From NCBI GenBank assembly GCA_004297725.1, contig SCUS01000042.1, positions 1,048 to 65,047 of the forward strand: a DNA stretch of 64,000 nucleotides, in the 5' to 3' direction. The notes under the pieces are model-generated. The model was not told the origin of the DNA, did no database searches, and saw only the letters and a list, made by a program, of their open reading frames with translations. A program made the translations under genes and the position numbers. Source of the stretch: Myxococcaceae bacterium (lineage in GTDB: Bacteria > Myxococcota_A > Polyangia > Polyangiales > Ga0077539). Positions 54,594 through 63,236 of this stretch are shown here, piece after piece (within the stretch, counting starts at the first letter, position 1; the number at the start of each line of letters is the position of its first letter).

Positions 54594-56480
54594 ATGACTT
54601 CGGGGCACGACAGTGCTGCCCTCCCCGTTGCTGGCGACGAGAGCCGGGCGTCGGTCAAACAGCCGAGCCGCGAGATCGTGCTGGTCTGGCGACGCGTGAT
54701 GCTCGAGCGGGTGCTTTGGGCCGTATGGGGCACGCTCGCGCTGGTCGTCGTCTTCATGCTGCCTCGGGCGCTGCAGACCGGGCAGTGGACGGTGCTGGCG
54801 ATGATGACGGGCGCCTGGATGGTCGTGGGGCTCTCCGCGTGGCTGCGGCAGCTCGACCTGCGCGTACGCGGGCTGGGCCTCTATCTCGGCATGGTGACGG
54901 CGTGCATCGGGGCCGTGTCCTTCGGCGGCGTGCGCGCGCCCAACGCCTTCCTCGGCTTGATGATGGTCGTGGTGCTGCTCGCGCTCGGGCTGGGCACGCG
55001 CGCCGCCTGGATGGCCCTGGCCGCGAGCGTGGTCGCCCTGGGCGTCATGGCCGCGCTCTTCACCAGCGGCTACACGGTGCCCGACCCGGGGATGGTCAAC
55101 CCCCTCGAGGCCGGCAACTGGATCCGGGTGATCGCCACCTTCGCCGCGGTGACGGGCGCGACGGTGGTGTGCGTCGCGTTCCTGATCTCCAAGCTCGAGA
55201 GCGCGATGCTGGGAGGCCAGGCCCTGCTCGACGCGCTGGCGCGAGAGAACGCGCAGCGGCTCGAGGCGCTGGAGCGGGAGCGAGCGCTGTTCGCGCAGCT
55301 CCAGCAGGCGCAGAAGCTCGAGTCGGTCGGCACCCTCGCGGGCGGGGTGGCGCACGACTTCAACAACCTGCTGCTGGTGATCCTCAGCCACGCCGAGGGG
55401 ATGCGCCGGCGCCTTCCGGGCGACGCGCCGGAGCTCGCCGACTCCGTCACGGCGATCGAGGGCTCTGCGCGGCGCGCGGCCGAGCTCACCCGGCAGCTGC
55501 TCGCGTTCAGCCGTCAGCAGGTCGCCGACCGTGACGTCTTCGAGCTCAACGCCACGACCGAGCACTCGCTGACGCTGATCCGCAGGCTGCTGCCGGCGTC
55601 GATCGCGCTGCGCGTCGAGCGCGCCGGGGAGCCCATCGCCGTGTGGGGCGCTCCGTACGAGCTCGACCAGATCCTGATGAACCTCTGCGTCAACGCCCGC
55701 GACGCGATGCCCGACGGCGGGTCGCTCGAGGTCAGCACCGCGCTCTCGCCGCGACGGGGCGCCGACGGGGTCGAGAAGCCCCACGCGTGCATCCGGGTGC
55801 GCGACGACGGCGTGGGGATGACGCCCGAGCAGCGGGCGCGGATCTTCGACCCGTTCTTCACCACCAAGGGGCCCGACCGCGGCACCGGGCTCGGGCTGAG
55901 CGTGGTGCACGGCATCGTCGCGCAGTGGGGCGGCTCCATCGAGGTGGAGTCCAAGCTGGGCGAGGGCACCACGATGTCCGTGTTCCTGCCGCTCAGCGAG
56001 GAGCGCATGCGCGCCGCTGCCCGCGTGGCCACGGCGGGCGGCGCGCTGCGCGGCGACGAGACCGTGCTCCTGGCCGACGACGAGCCGCGGGTGCGGCAGG
56101 TGGTCGAGTCGATGCTCTCCGACGCCGGCTACCGCGTGATCGCGTGCGGCGACGGGCTCGAGGCGCTCGAGCGCTTCCGCGCAGCGCCCGATGCGATTGA
56201 CATCCTGATCACCGACGCGGTGATGCCGCGCATGGGCGGGCGCGAGCTCTACGAGGCGCTCGCCGTCGACCGGCCCGCGCTGCCGTGCCTCATCTGCAGC
56301 GGCTACACGGCCGAGACCGTCACTCCCGACTTCCTGCTGCCCGGGAGGCGCGAGTTTCTCCAGAAGCCCTTCGCCTCCGACGAGCTGCTCGGCCGCACCC
56401 GCGCGCTGCTCGACGCCGCGTCGCACCAGCGCCCGGGCCGGGCGCCTCGCGCCGAGGTGCTCAGGTCCCTCGCCCCCTGA
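54594..56480 (+). CDS. Hybrid sensor histidine kinase (multi-TM sensor, HisKA, HATPase_c, C-terminal receiver)
   Basis: H-box LAGGVAHDFNNLL, N-box MNLCVNARDAM, G-boxes DDGVGM and GTGLGLS, and receiver TVLLADDEP...ILITDAVMP. About five N-terminal TM helices. The start is uncertain (track start 54480). Confidence 0.85.
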   Translation: MTSGHDSAALPVAGDESRASVKQPSREIVLVWRRVMLERVLWAVWGTLALVVVFMLPRALQTGQWTVLAMMTGAWMVVGLSAWLRQLDLRVRGLGLYLGMVTACIGAVSFGGVRAPNAFLGLMMVVVLLALGLGTRAAWMALAASVVALGVMAALFTSGYTVPDPGMVNPLEAGNWIRVIATFAAVTGATVVCVAFLISKLESAMLGGQALLDALARENAQRLEALERERALFAQLQQAQKLESVGTLAGGVAHDFNNLLLVILSHAEGMRRRLPGDAPELADSVTAIEGSARRAAELTRQLLAFSRQQVADRDVFELNATTEHSLTLIRRLLPASIALRVERAGEPIAVWGAPYELDQILMNLCVNARDAMPDGGSLEVSTALSPRRGADGVEKPHACIRVRDDGVGMTPEQRARIFDPFFTTKGPDRGTGLGLSVVHGIVAQWGGSIEVESKLGEGTTMSVFLPLSEERMRAAARVATAGGALRGDETVLLADDEPRVRQVVESMLSDAGYRVIACGDGLEALERFRAAPDAIDILITDAVMPRMGGRELYEALAVDRPALPCLICSGYTAETVTPDFLLPGRREFLQKPFASDELLGRTRALLDAASHQRPGRAPRAEVLRSLAP

Positions 56481-56525
56481 GAGAGGGGCCCGCGGTCGCC
56501 GCGCGGGGCCACGTCGGCGTGCGCG

Positions 56526-56535
56526 GTGACGTCAC
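56526..56535. promoter_or_regulatory. Perfect 10-bp palindrome GTGACGTCAC between the kinase gene and the DUF2382 stress genes
   Basis: Read directly. It partly overlaps a second palindrome, CACAGCCTGTG (56533-56543). Function unknown. Confidence 0.15.
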
Positions 56536-56685
56536 AGCCTGTGGCGCTTTTGCCGGCGCTGTGACCCTCGTGATTGCCTGTAGAACAAGGCCAATTCGCG
56601 CGCCGGTCGCGTCGGCCCGATCGCTGCAAACTGGCTCTGGGCGGTCGCAGGGAGCCACCGCCGCAGCGATGGGAGCAATCACGCG

Positions 56686-56865
56686 ATGGCTGATCCAGCG
56701 CCTTCGACCCAGGGAGCGACGCCGGGCCGTGTCTCGATGCCCGGCGGCGTCGGGGTCTACGAGCGACCGCGCACGGCCTGGGCACGCGAGCACATCGGTC
56801 TGCTCCTCGGGCTGCTCCTGTCGCTCGTGGGCTTCGCGATCTTCGCGATCCGGCAGTGGGCCTGA
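56686..56865 (+). CDS. Possible 59-aa single-TM small membrane protein
   Basis: Not in the ORF track, probably because it falls below the track's minimum ORF length. Reads MADPAPSTQGATPGRVSMPGGVGVYERPRTAWAREHIGLLLGLLLSLVGFAIFAIRQWA*. Good GC3 and one clear hydrophobic helix. Confidence 0.4.
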   Translation: MADPAPSTQGATPGRVSMPGGVGVYERPRTAWAREHIGLLLGLLLSLVGFAIFAIRQWA

Positions 56866-56900
56866 GAGGGCCGGTGGTGCGGAGGGAGGAGAGACAGCCG

Positions 56901-57497
56901 ATGGAGATCCAGAAGGACGGAAGGGTGCTGCTGCAGGACGGCGTCGGCGGGCGCGTGGAGGCCTGGCAGGCCGACCAGGGCCACGGGGCGCAGGCGCTGA
57001 TCCTCCTCGATGACGGCAAGCGGCTCTGGGTGCCCGCGAGCGCCCTGCGCGCCGGGCCCGACGGGAGCTACCTGCTGCCCATCGGGCGCGATCAGCTCCA
57101 GGCGGCGCCGGTGGTGATCCCGGTGATGGCCGAGCGGCTGGACGTCGGGCGGAAGGTCACCGAGACGGGCACCGTGCGGCTGCGCAAGGTGGTGCACGAG
57201 CGCGAAGAGCTGGTCGACGAGCCGGTGACGCGCGAGACGGTGAGCGTCGAGCGGGTGCCCGTGAACCGCGTGGTCGATGGCCCCGTGGCGCCGCGGCAGG
57301 AGGGCGACACGCTCATCCTTCCGGTGCTGGAGGAGGTGCTCGTGGTCGAGCGCCGCCTCGTGCTGAAGGAGGAGGTGCGCGTGGTGCGGACGCGGGTGAC
57401 CGAGCCTGCGCCCCAGCGAGTGACCCTCCGCCGCGAGGAGATCGTGGTGGAGCGCGACGGCGACGCCGACGCGGGCCGCCCCTCCCTGCCGCACTGA
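56901..57497 (+). CDS. DUF2382 (YsnF/AvaK-like) stress-response domain protein
   Basis: GGAGGGAGGAGAG lies upstream of ATG 56901. Repeated motif VIPVMAERLDVGRKVTETGTVRLRK ... VLEEVLVVERR ... LRREEIVVER. Confidence 0.8.
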   Translation: MEIQKDGRVLLQDGVGGRVEAWQADQGHGAQALILLDDGKRLWVPASALRAGPDGSYLLPIGRDQLQAAPVVIPVMAERLDVGRKVTETGTVRLRKVVHEREELVDEPVTRETVSVERVPVNRVVDGPVAPRQEGDTLILPVLEEVLVVERRLVLKEEVRVVRTRVTEPAPQRVTLRREEIVVERDGDADAGRPSLPH

Positions 57498-57595
57498 GCG
57501 CCCTCAGGGAGGATCCCCCCCCGAAGGACTTTCCCCCGCCGCGCGCTGCGGCGGTGGTTCGCAACGCAACGACTCGAACGAAGGAGAGAAGCCCC

Positions 57596-58630
57596 ATGGC
57601 CAAGACGATCGTTGGATTGTTCGATGACGCCTCCGACGCCCAGGCGGTGGTGCGCGAGCTCGGCGAGCTCGGCATCGACCGCGACCAGATCAGCCTGATG
57701 GCCAACCGCAGCGGCGATGCGCTGACGAGGGACACGGCCCCGGAGGTCACCACCACCGGGGAGGACGCGATGGCCGGCGCTGGCATCGGCGCCGTCGCCG
57801 GCGGCATCGGCGGGCTCATCGTGGGCCTGGTGGCGCTGCCGATCCCGGGCCTCGGGCCGGTGATCGCGGCGGGCCCCATCGCCGCCGCGCTCACGGGCGC
57901 GGGCATCGGCGCCGTGACCGGCGGAGTGATCGGCGCGCTCACCCACGTGGGCGTCCCCGAGGAGCACGCGCAGCACTACGCCGAGGGCGTGCGCCGCGGC
58001 GGCACGCTGGTGACCGTGAGCTCGCCGGACGTGCTGGCGCAGCGGGTCAGCGACGTGATGACCCGCTACCACGCGGTGAACGTGAGCGACCGCGCGGCGA
58101 AGTGGCGCGAGAGCGGCTGGAAGGGCTTCGACGCGAGCGCCCCGGCGCTGACGGCGGAGGACATCCGGCGCGAGCGGGCGCTCTACGCCAACCGCGACCT
58201 CGACCGCGGCCGGGTGGCCATCCCGGTGGTGGAGGAGAGGCTCTCCGTCGGCAAGCGGGAGGTCGAGCGGGGGGGCGTGCGCGTGTCGAGCCGCGTGGTC
58301 GAGCAGCCCGTCGAGCTGCAGGTGAGCCTGCGCGACGAGCGCGTGAAGGTGGAGCGGCGCGCCGTCGACCGGCCCCTCAACGCGGCCGACCAGTCGGCCT
58401 TCCGCGAGGGGACCATGGAGTTCAAGGAGACCGTCGAGGAGCCCGTGGTGGCGAAGACCGCGCGGGTGGTCGAGGAGGTCGTGGTCAACAAGGACGTGCG
58501 CCAGCGGACCCAGACCGTGCGCGACACGGTGAAGAAGACCGAGGTCGACGTCGACCAGGACGCCCTCGAGCGCCTCTCGCAGCCGGGCGAGCGCCTCTCC
58601 GGCGAGCCCAACGCCCCCAGCCGCCGCTGA
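57596..58630 (+). CDS. General-stress-protein-17M-like N-domain plus Gly-zipper segment plus DUF2382 (YsnF) domain protein
   Basis: AAGGAGAG lies 7 nt upstream of ATG 57596. N-terminus MAKTIVGLFDDASDAQAVVRELGELG. Gly-rich TM-like segment. IPVVEERLSVGKREVERGGVRV...VSLRDERVKVERR. Confidence 0.8.
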   Translation: MAKTIVGLFDDASDAQAVVRELGELGIDRDQISLMANRSGDALTRDTAPEVTTTGEDAMAGAGIGAVAGGIGGLIVGLVALPIPGLGPVIAAGPIAAALTGAGIGAVTGGVIGALTHVGVPEEHAQHYAEGVRRGGTLVTVSSPDVLAQRVSDVMTRYHAVNVSDRAAKWRESGWKGFDASAPALTAEDIRRERALYANRDLDRGRVAIPVVEERLSVGKREVERGGVRVSSRVVEQPVELQVSLRDERVKVERRAVDRPLNAADQSAFREGTMEFKETVEEPVVAKTARVVEEVVVNKDVRQRTQTVRDTVKKTEVDVDQDALERLSQPGERLSGEPNAPSRR

Positions 58631-58764
58631 GCGGGGCCCTCCTTGCGGAGTCGCGGGACCCGGTCCCATCATTCTCGGAGCGTCTCTCCTGAGGGGAGAT
58701 TCATGCGCCCGACGCTCCCTCGGGTGGGGCGTCCCGCGACCTCCGTCAATCGAGGACCGTGCCC

Positions 58765-60576
58765 ATGTCCCAAGGCAACGCCGACGATCATGCGCTCGTG
58801 GTTCGGGTCCTCGAGAGCATGAGCGAGGCGCTCGTCATGCTCGACCGGTCGTGGCGCTACACCTACGTGAACCAGCGCGCGGGCGCCCTCCTGGGCCGCG
58901 AGCCGCGCGACCTCGTGGGCCGGCCGATCTGGGCGGAGTTCTCCGATGGGGTGGGAGAGCCCTTCCGCCGGGCCTACGAGGCCTCGATGGCCGACCTCCT
59001 GCCCCGGCAGATCGAGGCCTTCTACGCCCCGCGCAACCGCTGGTACCAGAACCGCATCTGCCCCTCCGAGGACGGCCTCGCGATCTTCTTCTCCGACGTC
59101 ACCGAGCGCAGGCTCGCGGAGCTCGCCGAGCGCAACCTCGCCGCGGCCCGCGATCAGGCCGAGCGCATGGCCCACCTCGGGTTCTGGCGCTGGGACGTCG
59201 TCTCCAACCACGTGACCTGGTCGGACGAGCTCTATCGCATCTACGGCACCAGCCCCGACGAGTTCGGCGCCTCCTTCGAGGGCTACCTCTCTCGCGTCCA
59301 TCCCGACGACCGCGAGCGCGTGCGGGGCATCCTCTCCAGCGCGCTGCGCGAGCGGCGCGCGGCGTCCTTCGGCGAGCGCATCGTGCGGCCCGGCGGCGAG
59401 GTGCGGTACCTGCACTCCTGGGCCGCGGTCTCCGTCGACGAGCTCGGCGTCGCGCGGGAGATGTTCGGCACCTGCCTCGACCTGACCGAGCTCGTCGAGA
59501 CCGCGGCGGACCTTCGCCGTAACGAGGCGTGGCTCTTCCGCGCCCTGGCGGCGGCGCGCGTGGGGCTCTGGGACTGGGACCGGGCGAGCGGCCGGGTGCA
59601 GTGGTCGCCCGGCTTCGAGGCGCTGTACGGCGTCACCTCGGAGCGCTTCGGCAGCTCCTACGACGACGCCCTCGCGCGGGTGGCGGAGGAGGACCGCGCC
59701 GCCGTGAAGGCGAGCCTCGACGCGGCGCTGGCGAGCGGCACGGAGTTTCACGTCGAGCACCGCGTGCGGTGGCCCGACGGCACCGTGCGCTGGGTCGCCT
59801 CGCACGGGACCATCGAGCGCGACGCGGGGGGCCAGGCCGCGCGGATGAGCGGCTCGGTCGTCGACATCACCGCGCTGAAGGAGGCGCACGAGGAGCGTGA
59901 GCGCGCCCGCGAGGCGCTCCTGCACACGCAGAAGCTCGACGCCATCGGGCGCCTGGCGGCCGGGGTCGCGCACGACATCAAGAACTTCCTGAGCATCGTG
60001 GACATGTCGAGCATCGCGCTGTCGCAGCGGGTGGGGGCCGAGCCGACGCTGGTCGAGCTGGTCACCAACATCCACCTGGCCAGCGCCCGCGCCGCGGCGC
60101 TGACTCGCCAGCTCCTGACGCTGGGGGCGCAGCAGGCGCCGCAGCTCGCCGAGCTCGACCTCGCCGAGGTGATCGGGGCCATGACCCCGCTGCTTCGGGC
60201 GGCGGTCCCTCCCTCGGTGGTGCTGGAGACCCGCTACGAGCCGGCGCCCGCGTTCGTCGACCGCCACCAGGTCGAGCAGCTCGTCGTCAACCTGGTGATG
60301 AACGCCCGCGACGCGATGCCCGAGGGCGGCACCCTCGCCATCGCGACGGCGACCGCGGGCGACGAGGTCTCGCTCGAGGTGCGCGACACCGGCGCGGGCA
60401 TGACGCCCGACGTGCAGGCCCGGATCTTCGAGCCCTTCTACACCACCAGGGAGCACGGCTCCGGCGTGGGGATGGCGACGGTGCGGGACCTCGTGGCCCA
60501 GAGCCGCGGCCGCATCGACGTCACCAGCGCCCCGGGGGCGGGCACGACGGTGCGGGTCGTGCTGCCGAGGGCCTGA
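58765..60576 (+). CDS. Cytoplasmic multi-PAS sensor histidine kinase
   Basis: Three PAS-like modules (W.W/WDW signatures, RWV...G). H-box LAAGVAHDIKNFL, N-box VNLVMNARDAM, G-boxes DTGAGM and GSGVGM. Confidence 0.85.
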   Translation: MSQGNADDHALVVRVLESMSEALVMLDRSWRYTYVNQRAGALLGREPRDLVGRPIWAEFSDGVGEPFRRAYEASMADLLPRQIEAFYAPRNRWYQNRICPSEDGLAIFFSDVTERRLAELAERNLAAARDQAERMAHLGFWRWDVVSNHVTWSDELYRIYGTSPDEFGASFEGYLSRVHPDDRERVRGILSSALRERRAASFGERIVRPGGEVRYLHSWAAVSVDELGVAREMFGTCLDLTELVETAADLRRNEAWLFRALAAARVGLWDWDRASGRVQWSPGFEALYGVTSERFGSSYDDALARVAEEDRAAVKASLDAALASGTEFHVEHRVRWPDGTVRWVASHGTIERDAGGQAARMSGSVVDITALKEAHEERERAREALLHTQKLDAIGRLAAGVAHDIKNFLSIVDMSSIALSQRVGAEPTLVELVTNIHLASARAAALTRQLLTLGAQQAPQLAELDLAEVIGAMTPLLRAAVPPSVVLETRYEPAPAFVDRHQVEQLVVNLVMNARDAMPEGGTLAIATATAGDEVSLEVRDTGAGMTPDVQARIFEPFYTTREHGSGVGMATVRDLVAQSRGRIDVTSAPGAGTTVRVVLPRA

Positions 60577-60580
60577 CCGG

Positions 60581-62482
60581 CTACGCGTTGGACCAGAAGT
60601 GCTTCGCGCCGCGGGCCACGCGCTCTCGCGTGAGCTGGAGGTCGTAGCGGGCGTCGTGCTGCCCGGAGTGGCCGCGAGCGAGGCACGCGTCGATGCGCGC
60701 GAGGACCTCGTCGCGAAGCTCGGGGTGGTGGTGCGCCACCCAGGTGATCGCCTCGCCGAAGCGCCGCAGGTCGTCGTGCGCGAGGGGCGCCGCCACCGCG
60801 GACTCGAAGAACGCCAGCAGCAGCGGCATCCCCTCGGCGTCGAGGTGACGGGCGATCATCTTCGAGAGCATGTGGGACGTGTCGCGGTTGCGGTAGCGCG
60901 TGAAGGCCTCGCGCCCCGAGAGCGCGGCGCGCGCGTGGTCGAGGGTGATCGGCTCGGAGCGCCACGCGTCGGGGATCGACGTCACGGCCCAGCCGTTGGC
61001 CGCGAGGGTCTCGAGCGCCGCCCGCAGCGCCATGCGCTCCCCCTCCGCCTCGAAGGGAAACGCGTTGGGGCGCGGCGCGCTCGGGATGCCGAGCCCGTTG
61101 TCGTAGGCGCTCCCGAGCATGCCGGCGACGTCCGTGGGGATCACGTCGTGCGCGATCATCCACGCGAGCAGGGCGCGCACCTCGTCGAGCGACGCGGGGC
61201 CCGAGTCCTGCGAGTAGCCGCCCTCGCTGCCGAACGACGACCACCGGTGCCCGTGCGTGTGGAGCTCGACGCGGTTGTAGAGGTCCTGCACCAGGGCCTC
61301 GGCGACGCGCCCCGCGAGGCCCGTCGGGAGCGGGGGCTTCCACCCGGAGAGCGAGACGCGCGGCTCCTTCGGGTGGCGCTCGAAGGCCGAGAGGCACACC
61401 TCGATGTGCATCGCGCGCAGCGACTCGTTGAGCTGCGCGTAGCGCTCGAGGAGCAGCCGGCGGAAGGGCCCCGCCGCGGCGTCGAGCCCGCGCGGGTGAG
61501 ACGCGCTGCGCCCGAGGTCGACGGCGAACTCGCGGTGCCACGGCACGAACCACCGCTGAGCCCCTCGCACGGCGAGCACCCCCGGGAAGCGCGTCGGCAT
61601 CGGAGGTACGCCCCGCGGGTAGGCCTTGCTCTCCGGCTCCTCGGCGGGGTGGGCGTTCCAGGCGGTGACCTCGTAGCGCTGCTCGCTCCCGTCGGTGAGC
61701 GAGCGCGCCACGACGGTGTGGCTGTCTGGCTGCGTGAGCATCACCGCGTCGTCGACCGCGGGCGCCGCGAGGCTCGGTCGGGTGATCTCTCGCACGGTCC
61801 CGTCGCGCTCGACGGAGAGCGCGTAGACGAGCTCGGCGGCCGCGTCGCGCACGAAGATCCAGGCCGTCGTGCCCGCCATCGAGAGCGTCACCTCGGCGCT
61901 GCAATGCGCCGAGAGGGGGAGGCGCCACCACACCTCGTCGCGGGCGTCGTCGGCGCCCACGCGCCCCGCGAAGACGGCCTTGTGGCCGCGCGCGACGAAG
62001 CGCCCGTCGGGCGCGACGTAGAGCGCGTTGTGGGGGTGCCCCTCGGCCTGCGGTCCGACGGCCTTCGCGTCGAGCGAGCGCGCAGACTTCGCCGCGAGGT
62101 CGAGCTTGCGCTCCTCGTAGAGCGCGCCCCCCTGGAGCGCGTAGACGATCAGCGCGTCGTTCGAGGAGAGGGTGACGACGCGGTCGCCGGCCTCGGTGGT
62201 GGTGATCGCGTGCGGGTCGTGGTTCGCCGCGAGCTTGTCCCGAATGCCGAGCGCCGGGAGCCCGACGGTGACCACGGCGGTGCTCCCGTACGCGCCCGTC
62301 TGCACGCGGCCGCGCACGAGGGCGAGCGTCGCCGAGGCGTTCATCGAGAGGTCTCCCACGGCCGAGGAGACCTTCGCGGTGTGCTTCGCCTTCACGGTCT
62401 TGCCGAGGGCGAAGCGGGTGACGCCGAACACGTCGGCGAAGAGGAGTGCGCTCCCGTCGGAGCTGAAGATCGCGTGGGTCAT
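60581..62482 (-). CDS. Hypothetical 633-aa cytoplasmic protein (N-terminal beta-rich region, C-terminal helical region)
   Basis: Long frame with non-degenerate composition and high GC3. No signal peptide and no motif I recognise. Confidence 0.6.
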   Translation of the reverse strand: MTHAIFSSDGSALLFADVFGVTRFALGKTVKAKHTAKVSSAVGDLSMNASATLALVRGRVQTGAYGSTAVVTVGLPALGIRDKLAANHDPHAITTTEAGDRVVTLSSNDALIVYALQGGALYEERKLDLAAKSARSLDAKAVGPQAEGHPHNALYVAPDGRFVARGHKAVFAGRVGADDARDEVWWRLPLSAHCSAEVTLSMAGTTAWIFVRDAAAELVYALSVERDGTVREITRPSLAAPAVDDAVMLTQPDSHTVVARSLTDGSEQRYEVTAWNAHPAEEPESKAYPRGVPPMPTRFPGVLAVRGAQRWFVPWHREFAVDLGRSASHPRGLDAAAGPFRRLLLERYAQLNESLRAMHIEVCLSAFERHPKEPRVSLSGWKPPLPTGLAGRVAEALVQDLYNRVELHTHGHRWSSFGSEGGYSQDSGPASLDEVRALLAWMIAHDVIPTDVAGMLGSAYDNGLGIPSAPRPNAFPFEAEGERMALRAALETLAANGWAVTSIPDAWRSEPITLDHARAALSGREAFTRYRNRDTSHMLSKMIARHLDAEGMPLLLAFFESAVAAPLAHDDLRRFGEAITWVAHHHPELRDEVLARIDACLARGHSGQHDARYDLQLTRERVARGAKHFWSNA

Positions 62483-62521
62483 GGGGTTGAGGGCGCGGAC
62501 TGTACCAGCGGTGGGGCTCCC

Positions 62522-63142
62522 TCAGCGCAGGCCGAGGCGAGAGCGGCAGCGGGCGCAGAGGTGCCCCGTGGTGTGGTCGACGGTGCGCACCAGCCCTCGC
62601 GCGTCGGTCATCAGGCAGGCGGTGTCGGGGCAGTGCTCCAGGCCCAGCGTGTGACCGATCTCGTGGATGCAGGTGGTGACCATGCGGAAGTGCGTCTGCG
62701 CCTCGCTCGGGGAGTTCATCCGGCAGCGGAAGGTCGAGATGACGCAGCCGAGGCCCCCGAGGTCGCCCAGGCCCAGCACGCCCCAGTCGTGGACCCCGTG
62801 CGCGGTGGTCGAGATGTCCGCCTGGGTGACGCCCAGCACCCGCGTGGCGGGCGCCCGCACCATCGGCCGGAGGAAGTCGATGAGCCGCTCGGCGCGGTAG
62901 CGACGGCGCGGCGGGTACCACGCCGCCCGAGGGAGCGGTGAGGGCGGCAGGAGCAACACGGCGACGCCGAGCTCGGCGCGCAGCCCGGCCTCGATCTCGG
63001 CGAGGAAGGACGGGGGAAAGGCCCCGAGGGGCGCGAGGGCGACGGTCGCGATCGGGCCCGCGGGGCGCTGCGCGAAGGCCCGCGGCGCGGCCGCGAGCAC
63101 GGAGACGCCAGCGAGCGATCGGACGAAGGTGCGACGGTCCAT
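62522..63142 (-). CDS. Archaemetzincin-type zinc metalloprotease (peptidase M54-like) with a Tat-type signal peptide
   Basis: Exact signature HExxHxxGx3Cx4CxMx17CxxC (HEIGHTLGLEHCPDTACLMTDARGLVRTVDHTTGHLCARC). N-terminus MDRRTFVRSLAGVSVLAAAPRAFAQ. Start taken at ATG 63142. Confidence 0.85.
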   Translation of the reverse strand: MDRRTFVRSLAGVSVLAAAPRAFAQRPAGPIATVALAPLGAFPPSFLAEIEAGLRAELGVAVLLLPPSPLPRAAWYPPRRRYRAERLIDFLRPMVRAPATRVLGVTQADISTTAHGVHDWGVLGLGDLGGLGCVISTFRCRMNSPSEAQTHFRMVTTCIHEIGHTLGLEHCPDTACLMTDARGLVRTVDHTTGHLCARCRSRLGLR

Positions 63143-63236
63143 CGGGGGGATCGAGGCGGAGTGTCCGATGAAGCGCGCCCGGACGCGAGGGGCGCCACCG
63201 GTTCGCTCGCGCCGACCGACCCGGTATCGTCGGCGC

